Translations under genes and position numbers: made by a program
Assembly (NCBI RefSeq): GCF_026210795.1
Contig: NC_089431.1
Coordinates: 5,394,001-5,458,000, forward strand
Direction: 5' to 3'
Source of the DNA: Rhizophagus irregularis
Lineage: Eukaryota
Length of the DNA stretch: 64,000 nt
Shown: positions 13,527 to 26,073 of the stretch, piece by piece
How positions within the stretch are numbered: position 1 is the stretch's first letter
Layout: each line of letters opens with the position of its first letter
The notes under the pieces: generated by a model
The model's input: only the letters and a program-made list of their open reading frames with translations
What the model was told of the DNA's origin: nothing
Database searches by the model: none

Positions 13527-14985
13527 CTACACAATTTGAAACGCTTCACATTCTTTTATATCAAAGAAGCCTTCATTAATTCTAATTGGTTTTTCATAAT
13601 ATTTTTTTTTTACTATCACAAAATGTTTACTTTTTCCAATTATTGTAACCCCATAAAATAAGATCACCACCACCAAATGATGGACCATTCGTTGTACGAC
13701 TTAAAATATAATATCATTGTTAAACGAAAATATAAAACTATCTTTAATAGTGCCTAAACAACCATCTGATTCCATACATTTGGATTATACCTCCAAGAAT
13801 TTCGTCAGTCTTTCACTTTAACACATTTTACTGTGCGATGTTTATTATCGCAAATTTGATGAAATTTATCTCGTGTATGTCCGTCACGAGATGCGCAAAA
13901 TAATAACGATAATTTAAATTCATACGAGGAAGCCAACTTATCCGTGATTTCTAATCTATTCGATCCATTTTGAGATTAATTCAATATGTTAATTTTTGAA
14001 TCAATAGTTTTCGTATTTTTTTTTATCATATTCCGATTTATCAACTGATTTGATATTAGGATCTAAAAGACTTAAAAAAAAGTTCTTAATAAATCTTTAT
14101 ATAAATCCTTGGGAAATATTTTTTCATAAGGTAATAATATATATTCTAAAAATTCTTTAGAAGTTAAATTGTAAAATTAATAAATGTGATAAATCATTGT
14201 AAGGTATTCTTTAAACTTTTGAAATCATCTTTTGAAAAGTTTATAGGGTCAGAGGGAAGGTCGGAATTTTGGGTAAGGTCCTATTTAAGAACATATTCCC
14301 AAATTTGAAATTCACTTATTTGACGATTATCACTTTGAATAATTGTAACTAAAAGTTTTTCTAGGATTGAAGAAAATTTTAAAGAATTAAATATCTTATC
14401 TGGTCCTTTAGAAATTAAATCAGTACAATAATTTTGAAGTTCCAAGAAAGAATCTTGTTTGATATATCAAATTAAAATTTTGTTCCATCCAATTTGTTTT
14501 ATTTTCGATCAAATAGAATTAAATAGAATTATAGATATGTGATTAATTCTTGAAGATTAAGTACGCTGGCAGCAACTACTAAAACTTTAATTAGGTTTAA
14601 AGTATTATATTCATTCAAAGAAAGTTTTTCACCGTATATATACCTGTAAATACTAAAGAAATCTTCTTAAATTAAATACTATTGTTAAAATAAAATTTAT
14701 TTAACCGTCTTTTAAAAAATTATAATACCTTAAAATTATTTGAAAAATTTCTGGTAAAATGGTTGATAATTTAATATGAGACAAAATTCCATCACTTTTA
14801 TTTTTATTCGTTGATTGAATTTTTCGCAAGTAAGGGGAAAGATAATATAAAATAATCATGTGAGCACGGAAGATTTTTACGTAAGGGTCATTACCAACTT
14901 CAATAATAATATCATAATATTCTTCATCGTTTAAAATTTCAAGTAAATTTTGTGATAATTTTGGTAAAAGTTTATTGTTATCCAT
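13527..14985 (-). pseudogene. BTB/POZ-BACK-TLDc pseudogene, paralogue of 21715-23178
   Basis: Exon 1 MDNNKLLPKLSQNLLEILNDEEYYDII...FRAHMIIL is nearly identical to the intact copy; same intron position; exon 2 carries stops and frameshifts but keeps EILGG, GPSFGGGDL and ends IKECEAFQIV*. Confidence 0.85.
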
Positions 14986-15034
14986 TTTTTATAAATTTTA
15001 ACGTTAGCGAAAAGAAAGGTATTAATCTAAATGC

Positions 15035-15055
15035 GTAAATGTTCGACCTTATATA
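15035..15055 (-). promoter_or_regulatory. TATA-like core promoter motif shared with the intact BTB gene
   Basis: Minus strand TATATAAGGTCGAACATTTAC, ~50 bp before the ATG; matches 21640-21660 at 20/21 positions. Confidence 0.55.
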
Positions 15056-16741
15056 ATTGCCATTGTAACTCTGTGAAAGTGTGCAACATAACATTTATAT
15101 ACTAAATTATGGACTAAAATAAATATGGTTAAAATCTATTCAACAATGAATATATATACTGTATTATCTCGTTGAGTCGTTGTTGCGTATAAATAAAATT
15201 GGAATGAAGGCTAGAATGAAAAATTTCTTGCCCACTTATTAGCGGAGCTTGATAAAATCTCGAATAGCATTTATCGTTTATCACACGGTATAACGTATTG
15301 TTACGCCAATTTTTTTTTATTTCCCTTCATAATTTTTTGTAATTTATAAAGTATGAATAATAATTGCATTGTCTGATACAATACAATAATTTTAAATCCT
15401 CGAATGATATGTTAAATAAAGAAATAAGAAGTGAAGCTAAGAACTTTTAAATAATAATAATAAAAATAAGAAAATAATATGTAATTGTTAATTAATTACA
15501 AGATATTCTAGGTGATGGACAAAATAAATTTTGGTTTATTGCGTTAAATAATGAAAATCACAGACAGTATAAAAAAGATAATTGTCGCATGTACAAGATA
15601 TTTATGAGATTAAGTGCAATAACTAATAAGCTTTATAATGTTAATATAGTATTACTAATAATACAAATTGAAATAATATGACATAAAATTTGGTATTATC
15701 ATCCTTTGCCCATAATCAGTGTCGATAAATAAAGAAATTTTTTGATAATATCGAGTAAAATCTTTTTGAACAAAAATAATCAATACGGAATTAATGAAAA
15801 AAAATCTGAAATAATTTTACATCAAAATTATTTAAATTGATTTTTTTAGTAGCCAATCAATTCTTTGACAAGTTCGTAATTTTTTTTTTGAAAGATCATA
15901 AATATTATGTAACGTGAATATTCTTTATTTAAATAAAGTAAACGAGTTTTTCATCTCAAAATTAGATTTCTAGGTGGTAGTGGTAATTGTACCTTCTCAG
16001 TCCAAAAAAAAAAATAAAAAAAAAAATATATAAGAGAATTTTCTTATTTCCACGAGGCACGAGATTATAAAATTTCATTTTTTATTTTATTCGTATCCAC
16101 TAATTTGAAAACCGTAATATTAAATGTGAAAAAATTAAAGATATTATTAACTTATTTAAAGAATCTAAAATAATTTATCCAATCATTTTTATTTTTTAAT
16201 AGATTTACGCATCATCATGTTCCTTTATTTACAATAATTTATAAATTTCATAAATCCTATAAGGTTTTAAAAAATTCAATGGGGAAAATTTTATATTAAT
16301 TATGTGTTTTTATTCATAAAATTTTTTCTATCTGTTATATAAAAAAAAGTATCACTGAATCAGACAATATTTATTTTGGCGTAAGATCTTAATAACCAAG
16401 TTAATATGGAATAATAATTATTAATTAATTTAGTATTCCAAACGACTGAACTTTAACAAACTATTATATATTATTTAAATTCGCTTCTACTATATTTTTT
16501 GACATTGCGTGTACAAGTTCCAATAATTTCATTAATTAACGTTATAAACCAACAAATTGGTTCAATTCATTCTATGTACATAAGAAAGACCTTTAAAAAA
16601 GTATTTTAAAATTCTAAATTAGCTCACTGTTTCACATTACTTTGCATTCCAACGATGATAATAGTAGGTCAAAGTAAAATTACGTTACCGTAACACGTTA
16701 TAATAGTTTTTTTTTAAAAAATGTAAATGTGCCATAATTCA

Positions 16742-17062
16742 GGTCATTGAATCACTTTGAGATTTTGATGATAATAACAGTGACTTATAAAATGTGAGAA
16801 ATATGAGAATTATTACTTACCACAATTGCAATGAGCGTAGCATTTTCCGCAATTTCCGCAAGCTTCTTTATTTCTTATGGCGCCTTCACCAAACCTCACG
16901 ATACAGTGACAACTATCTCCATGCGTTTTTCCAGTATTTCCACAGCAATAGCAGCCTAATAATAAATAATAAATAAATTTTAATTAGTTTAATATAGTCT
17001 ACGTATAGGAGAATATTGGGCAAGTTAGAACTCCTATCAAAATCTCAAGTGATTCGACGACC
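16742..17062. mobile_element. MITE-like element with ~28-bp imperfect inverted repeats
   Basis: ggtcattgaatcactttgagattttgat vs atcaaaatctcaagtgattcgacgacc; TSD not resolved. Confidence 0.5.
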
Positions 17063-17683
17063 AATTTTACTCACACATTATTTACATCTACCTTTTGTAG
17101 AAGGAAGGAGAACACTGCCGCTTTAAATATTATTTTCAGATGATGAGATTAGATTTGTACAATTATTTAAAACGAAAATGATCTGCTAAAAGGCGTTAAG
17201 TCTGATGTCATGATTTTCATTTGAATATCAAAGCCACATTCCTTTAGCGGTTAATCCACTCTTGAAAAATCCTCACAGGCATATGTGTTCTTTGTCTCAT
17301 TTCTATTCATGTAATCACAATTAAATAATATTATTTTATCTAATCTTTATTAACTAATGAACTTTTTTTTTGGAAAGTTCGTATTGCGTATCAATTGTTA
17401 CAAGAAAAATATTTACAACTCAGTTAATTTAAATAGTCCACAAAAAAATATTTTTTTTTTCTTAAAAAAAAAGTTGTCACGTACGTCCGGCGCTTGCCGG
17501 ACATTATAGAAAGTTTCTTTTTTATAGGGAATGCTCTAATAACGTTTGTTCTCAACATATTGAATTATTTAAACGATCAAATTATAATTTAAATCTTTTT
17601 TATTTGTCCTCTTATCATCTGTTACATTAAATTAAAAATTATTTTTGAGAATTTTACAATTCCATTTACCACTTGAGTTAAAC

Positions 17684-18027
17684 CAGTTATGGGAGTCCAA
17701 TTGAAAAAATTTGGACTATTGGACTTGGACTAATTGGAGATAGTCCATTCCAAGTCCAATTTGATTCTTATAGTCCCAGTACTTTTGAATTAATTCATTA
17801 ATAGTTACTATTATTAATCCAACAATTTTACTTTCAAGCTTAATAATTTTTGTAAATAAAAATAATTCGTTAATTATCTTTGATTCTTCTAAATCTTCGA
17901 AATAAATTGTTATAGATGATTATTTAGAATAATATAAAAGTGACAATTTATCTAATAAAATTTGGATTTGGATTGATCAAAGTCCAATAGTTCAATTGTT
18001 CATTGGCCCAAAAAGTCACCATTATAA
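17684..18027. mobile_element. Degenerate MITE with GGACT/AGTCC subterminal repeats
   Basis: tggactattggactt (~17712) is the near reverse complement of aagtccaatagttca (~17980); clustered ttggac/gtccaa motifs at both ends. Confidence 0.4.
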
Positions 18028-18346
18028 CCTTCTAATTAAATCCGTCAAGAAATAAATAATCAGGTTACATAATTCAAAATTATTCTTCCTTTTATCCTTC
18101 ATCCCAGTCCTTCCTTGTTGTTTCGTATAAATAACTGAATTTAATTAAGAATGATCGTTACCGACGAACAAATTATATTTTAAAATTTTTTTAATGTCGA
18201 ATTTAAGAATTTCAATAAATTCTTCTTTAATATAATTATATTGTAGAAAAACTAAAAACGTGATAGCTAATTAATGATTTCGAAATACAAACTGTTTAAA
18301 AAAGGTGGTTCTCTTGATAATTAATAATTTTACAGGAAAATGATTA

Positions 18347-19781
18347 TCTATATAACTATAAAAAAATTTATCTGACGTTTGGATTATTAGTCTCCGCATA
18401 AATAATATGAATTGTGTAACTTGAAATCCCATGCCATATAATTAAAATCCATGACAATCGTGAGTCGTGACATGCCGACATGAAAAACTATATGATCCGT
18501 GTGCATTCCCAATCAACTAATCCAATTTCAGTTAATGAAATTTTACCTTAATCGGAATTTTTTTTTTTAGATTATTAATTTTTTTTGTCCGATTTTTTTT
18601 TAACTTTTTTTGGTTTTTTTTTCCGAAAAAAAATTTTTTCTCCCTTTTCTTTCGGTTTAGTTTTTTTTTCAAACTGAAAATTTTTTATTTCCCGTTTTTT
18701 CCCCAAACTAAAAAATTATTTTTTAAATAATCCCATTGATTTTTTTTATATTGATCTTTTTTTTTAGACCGTATTGTTATTTTTTTTTAAAAAAAATTTT
18801 TTTTTTCACTCTTTTTGGACCGAATTATTGTCTTTTTTTTTCAGAATTTTTTTTCAGTACTTATTTTTTTTTTCGGATTCCTTTTTTTTCGGAAATTTCC
18901 CTTTTTTAAACTAGTTCCTTTTTCTTTCCCCCAATTTTTTTTTAATTTTTTTTTCTTCTTCTTTCAAAGAATAAAAAAAATATTATATTAAATATATTTA
19001 CAAAATTATTATTTTTTTTAAAAAAAAATCAATATAACATGTAGGAAAATTGACCGACGTTGATAGAAAGATAATTAAAATTTTTTTTTTTTCAATTAAA
19101 TTGAACGCTGGATAAATAGTTTGATTTTCAAATTCATAAAAATCAAAAAAAAATTGATATTTTTTACAATATTTTATAATTAATTAATGCTGATTTAATA
19201 ATTAGATTATTATAACCAAATCCATATCCGGAATTCTCTGAATAATCACCAGATTTTTTGAATAAAGATTTTAATTCAAATGGTTTAGTTAAATTAATAA
19301 TTTATTCGAGTAAAATGAGTATCAAAAGAATAATAATAAATGAAATGAACAAATTCTAATAACATTTAATTGTTCAAATATTTTTCCCTAGTTTGTTATA
19401 AGTTTAAGATTGACGTAATATAAAATAATAAGAAATAATTATAAAATATTTTATAATTAATTAATAAAAAATATTTGTATTATTTTCATATAAATATTTT
19501 AAAGTTTTTTCGAAAATACTTCTAAAAAATCAATTTTTATTGATAATTATTTTTTCACAATTCCTTAATTAATCCGAATTTCATTCTACACTCAAACGTA
19601 AAATCATTAATATAAATAGCTACATTATTGTAAATACACATTATTTTGTTAACTAATTATTACCATCATATTAAATTCTTAATTATAAACAAAAAACTAC
19701 TGTAACCATCTTAGTATTGCATTATAATACTAAATTTTTCTATTTAAACAATCTCGGTGCGAAGCAACGGGTGACTGCTAG
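18347..19781 (+). mobile_element. Non-autonomous Helitron, copy 1
   Basis: 5' end A|TCTATATAACTA; 3' end GC-rich hairpin ctcggtgc-gaa-gcaacggg followed by CTAG|T (19778-19782); T-rich interior homologous to copy 2. Confidence 0.75.
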
Positions 19782-19782
19782 T

Positions 19783-21529
19783 TCTATATAACTAAAAAAA
19801 TATAATGTGTAACCGTAATGTTTAGATTAGCCTGTATGAATTAATTTTGAATTTTCTTTATAGCTTGATCAGCAAGTCATGTATATCTAATAATCCAATT
19901 CCGGTTAATGGAATTTTAATCTTTTTTTTGATTATTAGATTACCGATTTATTTTTTTCATTTTTTTTTTAAACCTATTTTTAAAATTTTCCTTTTCTTTC
20001 GAACCGATTTGAATTCTTTCAGTTCCCTTTTTCTTTTAATTTTCTCTTTTTTTTCTTGAATCGATCCTTTACTTTCGGTTCTTTCCTCTTTTCTCTTTCG
20101 AACCACCTTTTTCCTTTTCTTTTCCATTTTTTTTTCCTTTTTTTAAAAAATTTCGTTTTTTTTTTCCTTTTTCTTTTTCGGTTCAAACCCGAGAATTTTT
20201 TTGGTTTTTTTTCATTCTTTCTTCGTTTAGGTTTGGTTTTTTTTCCCAAACTGAAATTTTTTTTTCTTTTATAAATAATCCTATTGTTTTGGTCTTTTAA
20301 GACCGATTTTTTTTATATTATTATTTTTTTTCGGTCTTTTTTTTAGACCATATTATTAATTTTTTTTAAAAAAAATTTTTTTTTCAGTCTTTTTAGACCG
20401 GATTATTGTCCTTTTTTTTCAGAAATTTTTTCGGTACTTATTTTTTTACGGATTTCCTTCTTTTTCGAAAATTTCCCTTTTTTAAACCGATTTCCCCAAA
20501 TTTTATTTTTATTTTTTTTTTATTGTTATTTTTTTTTCGAATTCTTTATAACCTTTTTCTTTTTTCGAATTGGTTTTTTTTCCAATCCGAAAATTCTTTA
20601 TTCACTTTTCTTTTTTCGGGTTAGCTTTTGACTTATTTCCCAATCTGAAATTTTTTTTTCACCTTTTATTTTTTCGGTTGGGCTTTTTTTTTCAAATCGA
20701 ATCATTTTTTCCCGAACCACATTCTTAAACCATTTATATTTGGATCGGTGATCGGATTGACGTTGCGGCACCACGGTAATTGCCTTTTTTCCCGATTCTT
20801 ATTATTATTATTAAATAATAATAAATTTCCCTAATTATTTTTTAGGCTCAATAATAGACTGACAAATAATTTATTTTTTGTAACAATAGATCGGTATAGT
20901 AAATTTTATGGGAAATTGTTTTTTTTCATGACAATAGATCGTTATAATTAATTTTTCTGGGGAATATTTTTTTTTTTCGTAACAATAGATTGTTATAATT
21001 GATTTTTGGGGGATTTTTTTTCATATACTTAGTAATTAGTGAGATATTTTTTTTTTCTACAACAATAGATTGCTATAATGAATTTCTTTGAGATATGGTA
21101 AACAATATATATGTATTTTTTTTCAACAGAGGATGTAATTTTTCTAATGTTACAATAGAATTTTTTTAAGATAAAAAAAAAAGGAAATTTTTTTTGTAAC
21201 AATGCAACAATAAACTACTTATACAGATTGTTTTATAAATAAAATCATAAATTTCACAATACCGCAACATTTATTTCGTGTGATAAAATTTGCGTTTAAT
21301 AATAATATTTCATATACTGTATAACACTTGCACACAACTCATTGTTATTTGTATAATCATATAAATTGTGTAATTTATTACATTTATTTCATTTATTTCC
21401 TACTAATCCCATCATAATAATAGTAAAAAACTAGACCTATTCACACTGCATGGCAAATAAAATATAAGTGTATTTATTATTACTCTCTTACTTTATCGTC
21501 CCTGGCGCAACGCGACAGGTTACGCCTAG
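19783..21529 (+). mobile_element. Non-autonomous Helitron, copy 2 (head-to-tail with copy 1)
   Basis: 5' end TCTATATAACTAAAA; 3' hairpin cctggcgc-aac-gcgacagg then CTAG|T (21526-21530); internal aacaatagat repeats at ~20880-21200. Confidence 0.75.
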
Positions 21530-21639
21530 TTACTACTAAAAAATTTTTTCTTATCAAAATACTTAACGATCAACGCCAATCAATATAGTACGTGGCGTAA
21601 ATTTTACTAAAAATAATGTCGTACAATTACAAATCATCA

Positions 21640-21660
21640 TATATAAGGCCGAACATTTAC
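21640..21660 (+). promoter_or_regulatory. TATA-like core promoter motif of the BTB-TLDc gene
   Basis: TATATAAGGCCGAACATTTAC 55 bp before ATG 21715; conserved upstream of the paralogous pseudogene. Confidence 0.55.
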
Positions 21661-21714
21661 AAATTTGAATTAATTCTTTTTCTTTCCCTTCTTTTAACGT
21701 CAAAATTATAAAAC

Positions 21715-23178
21715 ATGGAGGATAATAAACTTTTACCAAAATTATCACAAAATTTACTTGAAATATTAAATGATGAAGAATATTATGATATTACTATTGA
21801 AGTTGGTAATGACCCTTACGTAAAAGTCTTTCGTGCTCACATGGTTATTTTACATTATCGTTCTCCTTACTTGCGTAGAATTTTGTCAACTAATGAAAAG
21901 AAAAATGATGGAACTTTGGCACATATCAAATTACCAAATATTTCACCAGAAATTTTTCAAATAATTTTAAGGTAAACAAATGATATTCAGGTTTATTCTT
22001 TTTATTGATTTTATTAATAATAATATATATTATATATATTTATTTATTTTAGGTATATTTATGGTGGAAAACTCTCTTTAAATGATTATGATAATTCGGA
22101 TATAATTAAGGTCCTAGTTGCCGCTAGTGAACTTAGTCTTCAAGAATTAGTTTTATATTTACAATTTTTTTTGATCAAAAATAAAGAAAACTGGATGGAG
22201 AATAATTTTAATTTTGTTTATCAAATAAGTTTTGAAAATGATTCATTCTCAGAACTTCAAAAATATTGTATTAATTTAATATCTAAAGAACCAATTAAGA
22301 TATTCAAATCACCAAATTTCTCTTCAATTCCAGAAAAACTTTTGATCTCAATTATTCAAAATGATAATCTTCAAATAAGTGAAATTCAAATTTGGGAAAA
22401 TGTACTTAAATGGGGACTTTCTCAAAATCCTGAACTTCCTTCTGAAATCACAAATTTTTCAAAAGATGATTTTAATACTTTAAAGAATACTTTACAACAA
22501 TGTATTCCTTTTATTAATTTTTATAATTTAACTTCTAAAGAATTTGTTGACAAAGTATTTCCTTATAGAGAAATTTTACCTGAAAAATTATGTACGGATT
22601 TATTAAAAGCTTTTTTAACTCTTTTAAATCCTGATAGTAAGCCAATTGACAAATCAAAAACTGTTGATTCAAAAATTATTACATCTCAACATGCTGAATT
22701 AATCTTAAAGTGGATCAATGGATTAGAAATTACAGATGAGTTAGCTTCATCATATGAATTCAAATTATTATTTCGCGCATCCCGTGATGGATATTCACAA
22801 AACAAATTTCACGAAATTTGTGATAATAAATCTCGCACAGTAACAATTATTGAAGTGAAAGATAGTAACGAAATTCTTGGAGGTTATAATCCAGCTGAAT
22901 GGGGATCTGATGGACACTATAAAACTACTAAAGATAGTTTTATTTTTTCTTTTGCCAATGAAAATTATATTTTAAGTCGTGTAAAATACGAAAATCAGGC
23001 TACACTTAATAGTCATTATTATGGTCCATCATTTGGTGAAAAAGATCTTATTATATGGGACTGGGACTTATCAGATATTAATTATTGTATAAAATCCTCT
23101 TATGAAAAATCGATTAGAAAAATTGAAAATGATTTCGATGTAAAAGAATGTGAAGTATTTCAAATTGATAGTCATTGA
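21715..23178 (+). CDS. BTB/POZ-BACK-TLDc domain protein (~460 aa, 2 exons)
   Basis: Exons 21715-21971 and 22053-23178 in frame. BTB: DITIEVG...FRAHMVIL..RSPYL...FQIILRYIYGG; BACK: IQNDNLQISEIQIWENVLKW; TLDc: LLFRASRDG...FHEICD...ILGGYNP...DSFIFSF...GPSFG...EVFQI. Confidence 0.93.
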
Positions 23179-24359
23179 AATTTACTTCTCTATCATTCTT
23201 ACTCTTTGAAAAACATTTATGAAGAACATAAAAGGGTTGAATTCGCTACTTGCTATAGTCTTTGGCATAAGTTGGGGAGCTAGTTTTATATTTTTTTTTA
23301 TCTTTGTATAAATTAATACATAATTAAAATAAAAGCTAAGTTGGTATGACTGCTGTTCCAAAATTACAATTAAATAAAATAGTTTAGTGAAAATCATTTA
23401 AAGTATATTAAATAAAGGACGAATTTTTATATAATGAATTTCACAATACAACAAATCTTCAGTATGGTACCGATTTTAACATATGAAAAAAGTTCTTTTC
23501 ATATTGAATATCATTAATTAATTTAATTAATTTTTATTTATCGTTTAACGAGGTTATTTTTATGACTCGCATATACAAAATAACCCTTTATATGACGAAT
23601 TTTCATTAAAACGAATCTGTTTTTCGTACAATGAAGATTTTTACAAGATAAATTTTGGCAATATGTAGTTTGCGATGGTAAAATTGATGTAATACAAAAT
23701 GTCACGTGTAATAAATTCTTAAATTTGTTAATATCAAGATGTTTTTTACAAATCCACCCTCGTATTTGCAAAATACCCGGGTAGGGGTATTTTGTATCGA
23801 GGGGGTATCTTGTATTGAGATGCGACATGTTGATCAAATATACTTACGCGGTATAAAAAGTATTTGTAGCGCGTTTCACTTTGTATTTTTTTGATTTGGG
23901 ATGAATTTTAATGGTTGTAATGATAAAGATATAAAAATCTAAATAAAAAAAATTCATTTATAAACAAATAAATATAAAATTTTGATAAATACAATAAATA
24001 CATGTAAAATTGGCTATTTCCAGTTCAAAAAAAAAATTAACTATATAAAATACCCGGGTTTCTTACAAAATTTGGGGTAGTTTAGTCGGTGCTCTACGGT
24101 ATATTACTTGTAAATACATGTAATAAGTAAATATCACGTCTTATCATACATTTTATCACGCAATTATCATTCGTATACGTATTACAAGATTGTCATACAT
24201 TTCATAATACACTGGTTTCTTGACGAAAGCCTTTTTTTCCATAGAGCTTAACGTTATAATATAGTGTATCCTAGTTTTCGAATCATTCCTTTTGTTTTAT
24301 TTTCATTAAATAAAATACAATTAAGCACCCTTCAAAATACTACGATTTATACCAAAATA

Positions 24360-25740
24360 TGAAAGAAACTATTCAAAATGCAGTCAGAGATCGAGACTTT
24401 ATTGGCGTACGATAGTTCAGAAGATTTTTCTGATACCGACAGGCGAGTAATAAATTTGCCTTTTTCATAACATTGTCTAAATGAAAAAAACAAGACATGT
24501 GAGATTTTTTTTTTCTTGAATAGTATATCCGATGATGTATGCAACGAAACATAATAGAAGTGGAAAATACCGACAAGAGTGACATCTCAAAGCTTTAAAA
24601 CATTTAAAGTTTGGATCATGTAGTAACAAGTGTATCATCTTGTGAGTAGAATGTCCATGGAAGTTAATATATGGGTTAAGAAGAGCAAGGGTTATCTTGA
24701 AGTCACAAAATTCAATGACCAACATATTGGACATGAATGTCATCCATCAGCAAGTCAATTTGAATTTGTTCCAACATTACGAAAATTACCAGAAGAGTTT
24801 CTTGAAGAAATTCGATTTTTAACTGTCGGTTATTGCTAAAGTAAATACAACAATATCGGATTATGTGAGAAAAACTTAAGACGAGAATATACCGACCGGA
24901 TCTATACGATGCCATCAATAAATCAACACCAGATAAAGAAGATGCAGGAATGTTATTAAAAAGGCTTAATGATAAAAAAACTGAGGATCCATGATGGATA
25001 ATTTCAATGAAATCTGATCCAATTACTTCTTCATTAACCCATCTTTTTTGGATGAGTCCTGAGCAACAGATTTTGTATCATGACGTGATAATTCATGATA
25101 ATACTTACAAAACCAACCGGTATAATCACCAATTATCTTACTTTGTTACTTCAGACAATAATTTAAAGACACGAATTGTAGCACAAGCAATTGTTGGTGA
25201 TGAAACACAACATTCCTATGAATGGGTTTTCCAATGTGTAAAAAAAGCAACTGGTGTGTCATCAAAATGACAATTTAACGAAAGGTATCTGAATTGTAGT
25301 GTATAAATTTTGTGCAATTTGAATTAATGGTATTATTAGTATTATACCCAACTTCAAAATTTCTGATATTCAATTATGTAATATTTTGTAAAATTTTATA
25401 TTAAAATTTCCCCCCTTAAGATCTTAACTATTACCTATTATTTTATTAGTTAATTTTACTTATTTATATTTTATCTCATTCGTTAGTTTACAATTATCGT
25501 TTTTTATATTTAGTATTTACATTACACTATTATATTTACAAGATTTCATCTATTGTTCATTCATTGTATTTACTCTTATTATATTAATTATTAACAATAT
25601 ATTCAATAAAGATGGGATGCATTACTGCAGAATTTTCCAATAATCCAAAGACTATTTAACGAAAGTTTTAGGATAATGTAATCCACAATCTTGGAAACGT
25701 ACGTTTACAAACAGATATCTTATTGCTGGTGTACATAAAA
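24360..25740 (+). mobile_element. MULE/Mutator (FAR1-like) transposase remnant
   Basis: CPWKVNIW...EVTKFNDQHIGHEC (FAR1-type Zn domain), LFWMSPEQ...HDNTYKTNRY...VAQAIVGDETQHSYEWVF (MULE DDE core), later RWDALL...KDYL...SW...FT...AG; frameshifted and interrupted. Confidence 0.85.
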
Positions 25741-26073
25741 TAATGAGGACATTAAAACTATAGGTACTGTCGGAATTGCTGAATCGAAATTACGGCATTA
25801 CAAAATATGGATTTTGCCATTTAAATATCAAAACATCAAGATCAGCATTATAGATTTACGGATTACAAATTATCTACGGCATAATAAAAAAAAATATTTA
25901 CTTTCTTTGTGTAATTTTTGTATATTTGGCATAAATAATCACGGATTACGTCATTACGACATAAAGATATACGAACAAGTGAACTTTTCAAAATTTCCTG
26001 AAAATATTTGAATAATTTATTGGAAATATTCATGAATGTTTTACATTTATTTTACTACAGGTCTGATATATAT

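Noticed and set aside
19847..20624. Lys-rich and Phe-rich ORFs on both strands
   Set aside because: Artefacts of poly-T/poly-A low-complexity sequence inside the Helitron copy.
23740..24100. pogo-like element ending ...gtcggtgctctacgg|ta
   Set aside because: Only one plausible terminus was found, so boundaries cannot be supported.
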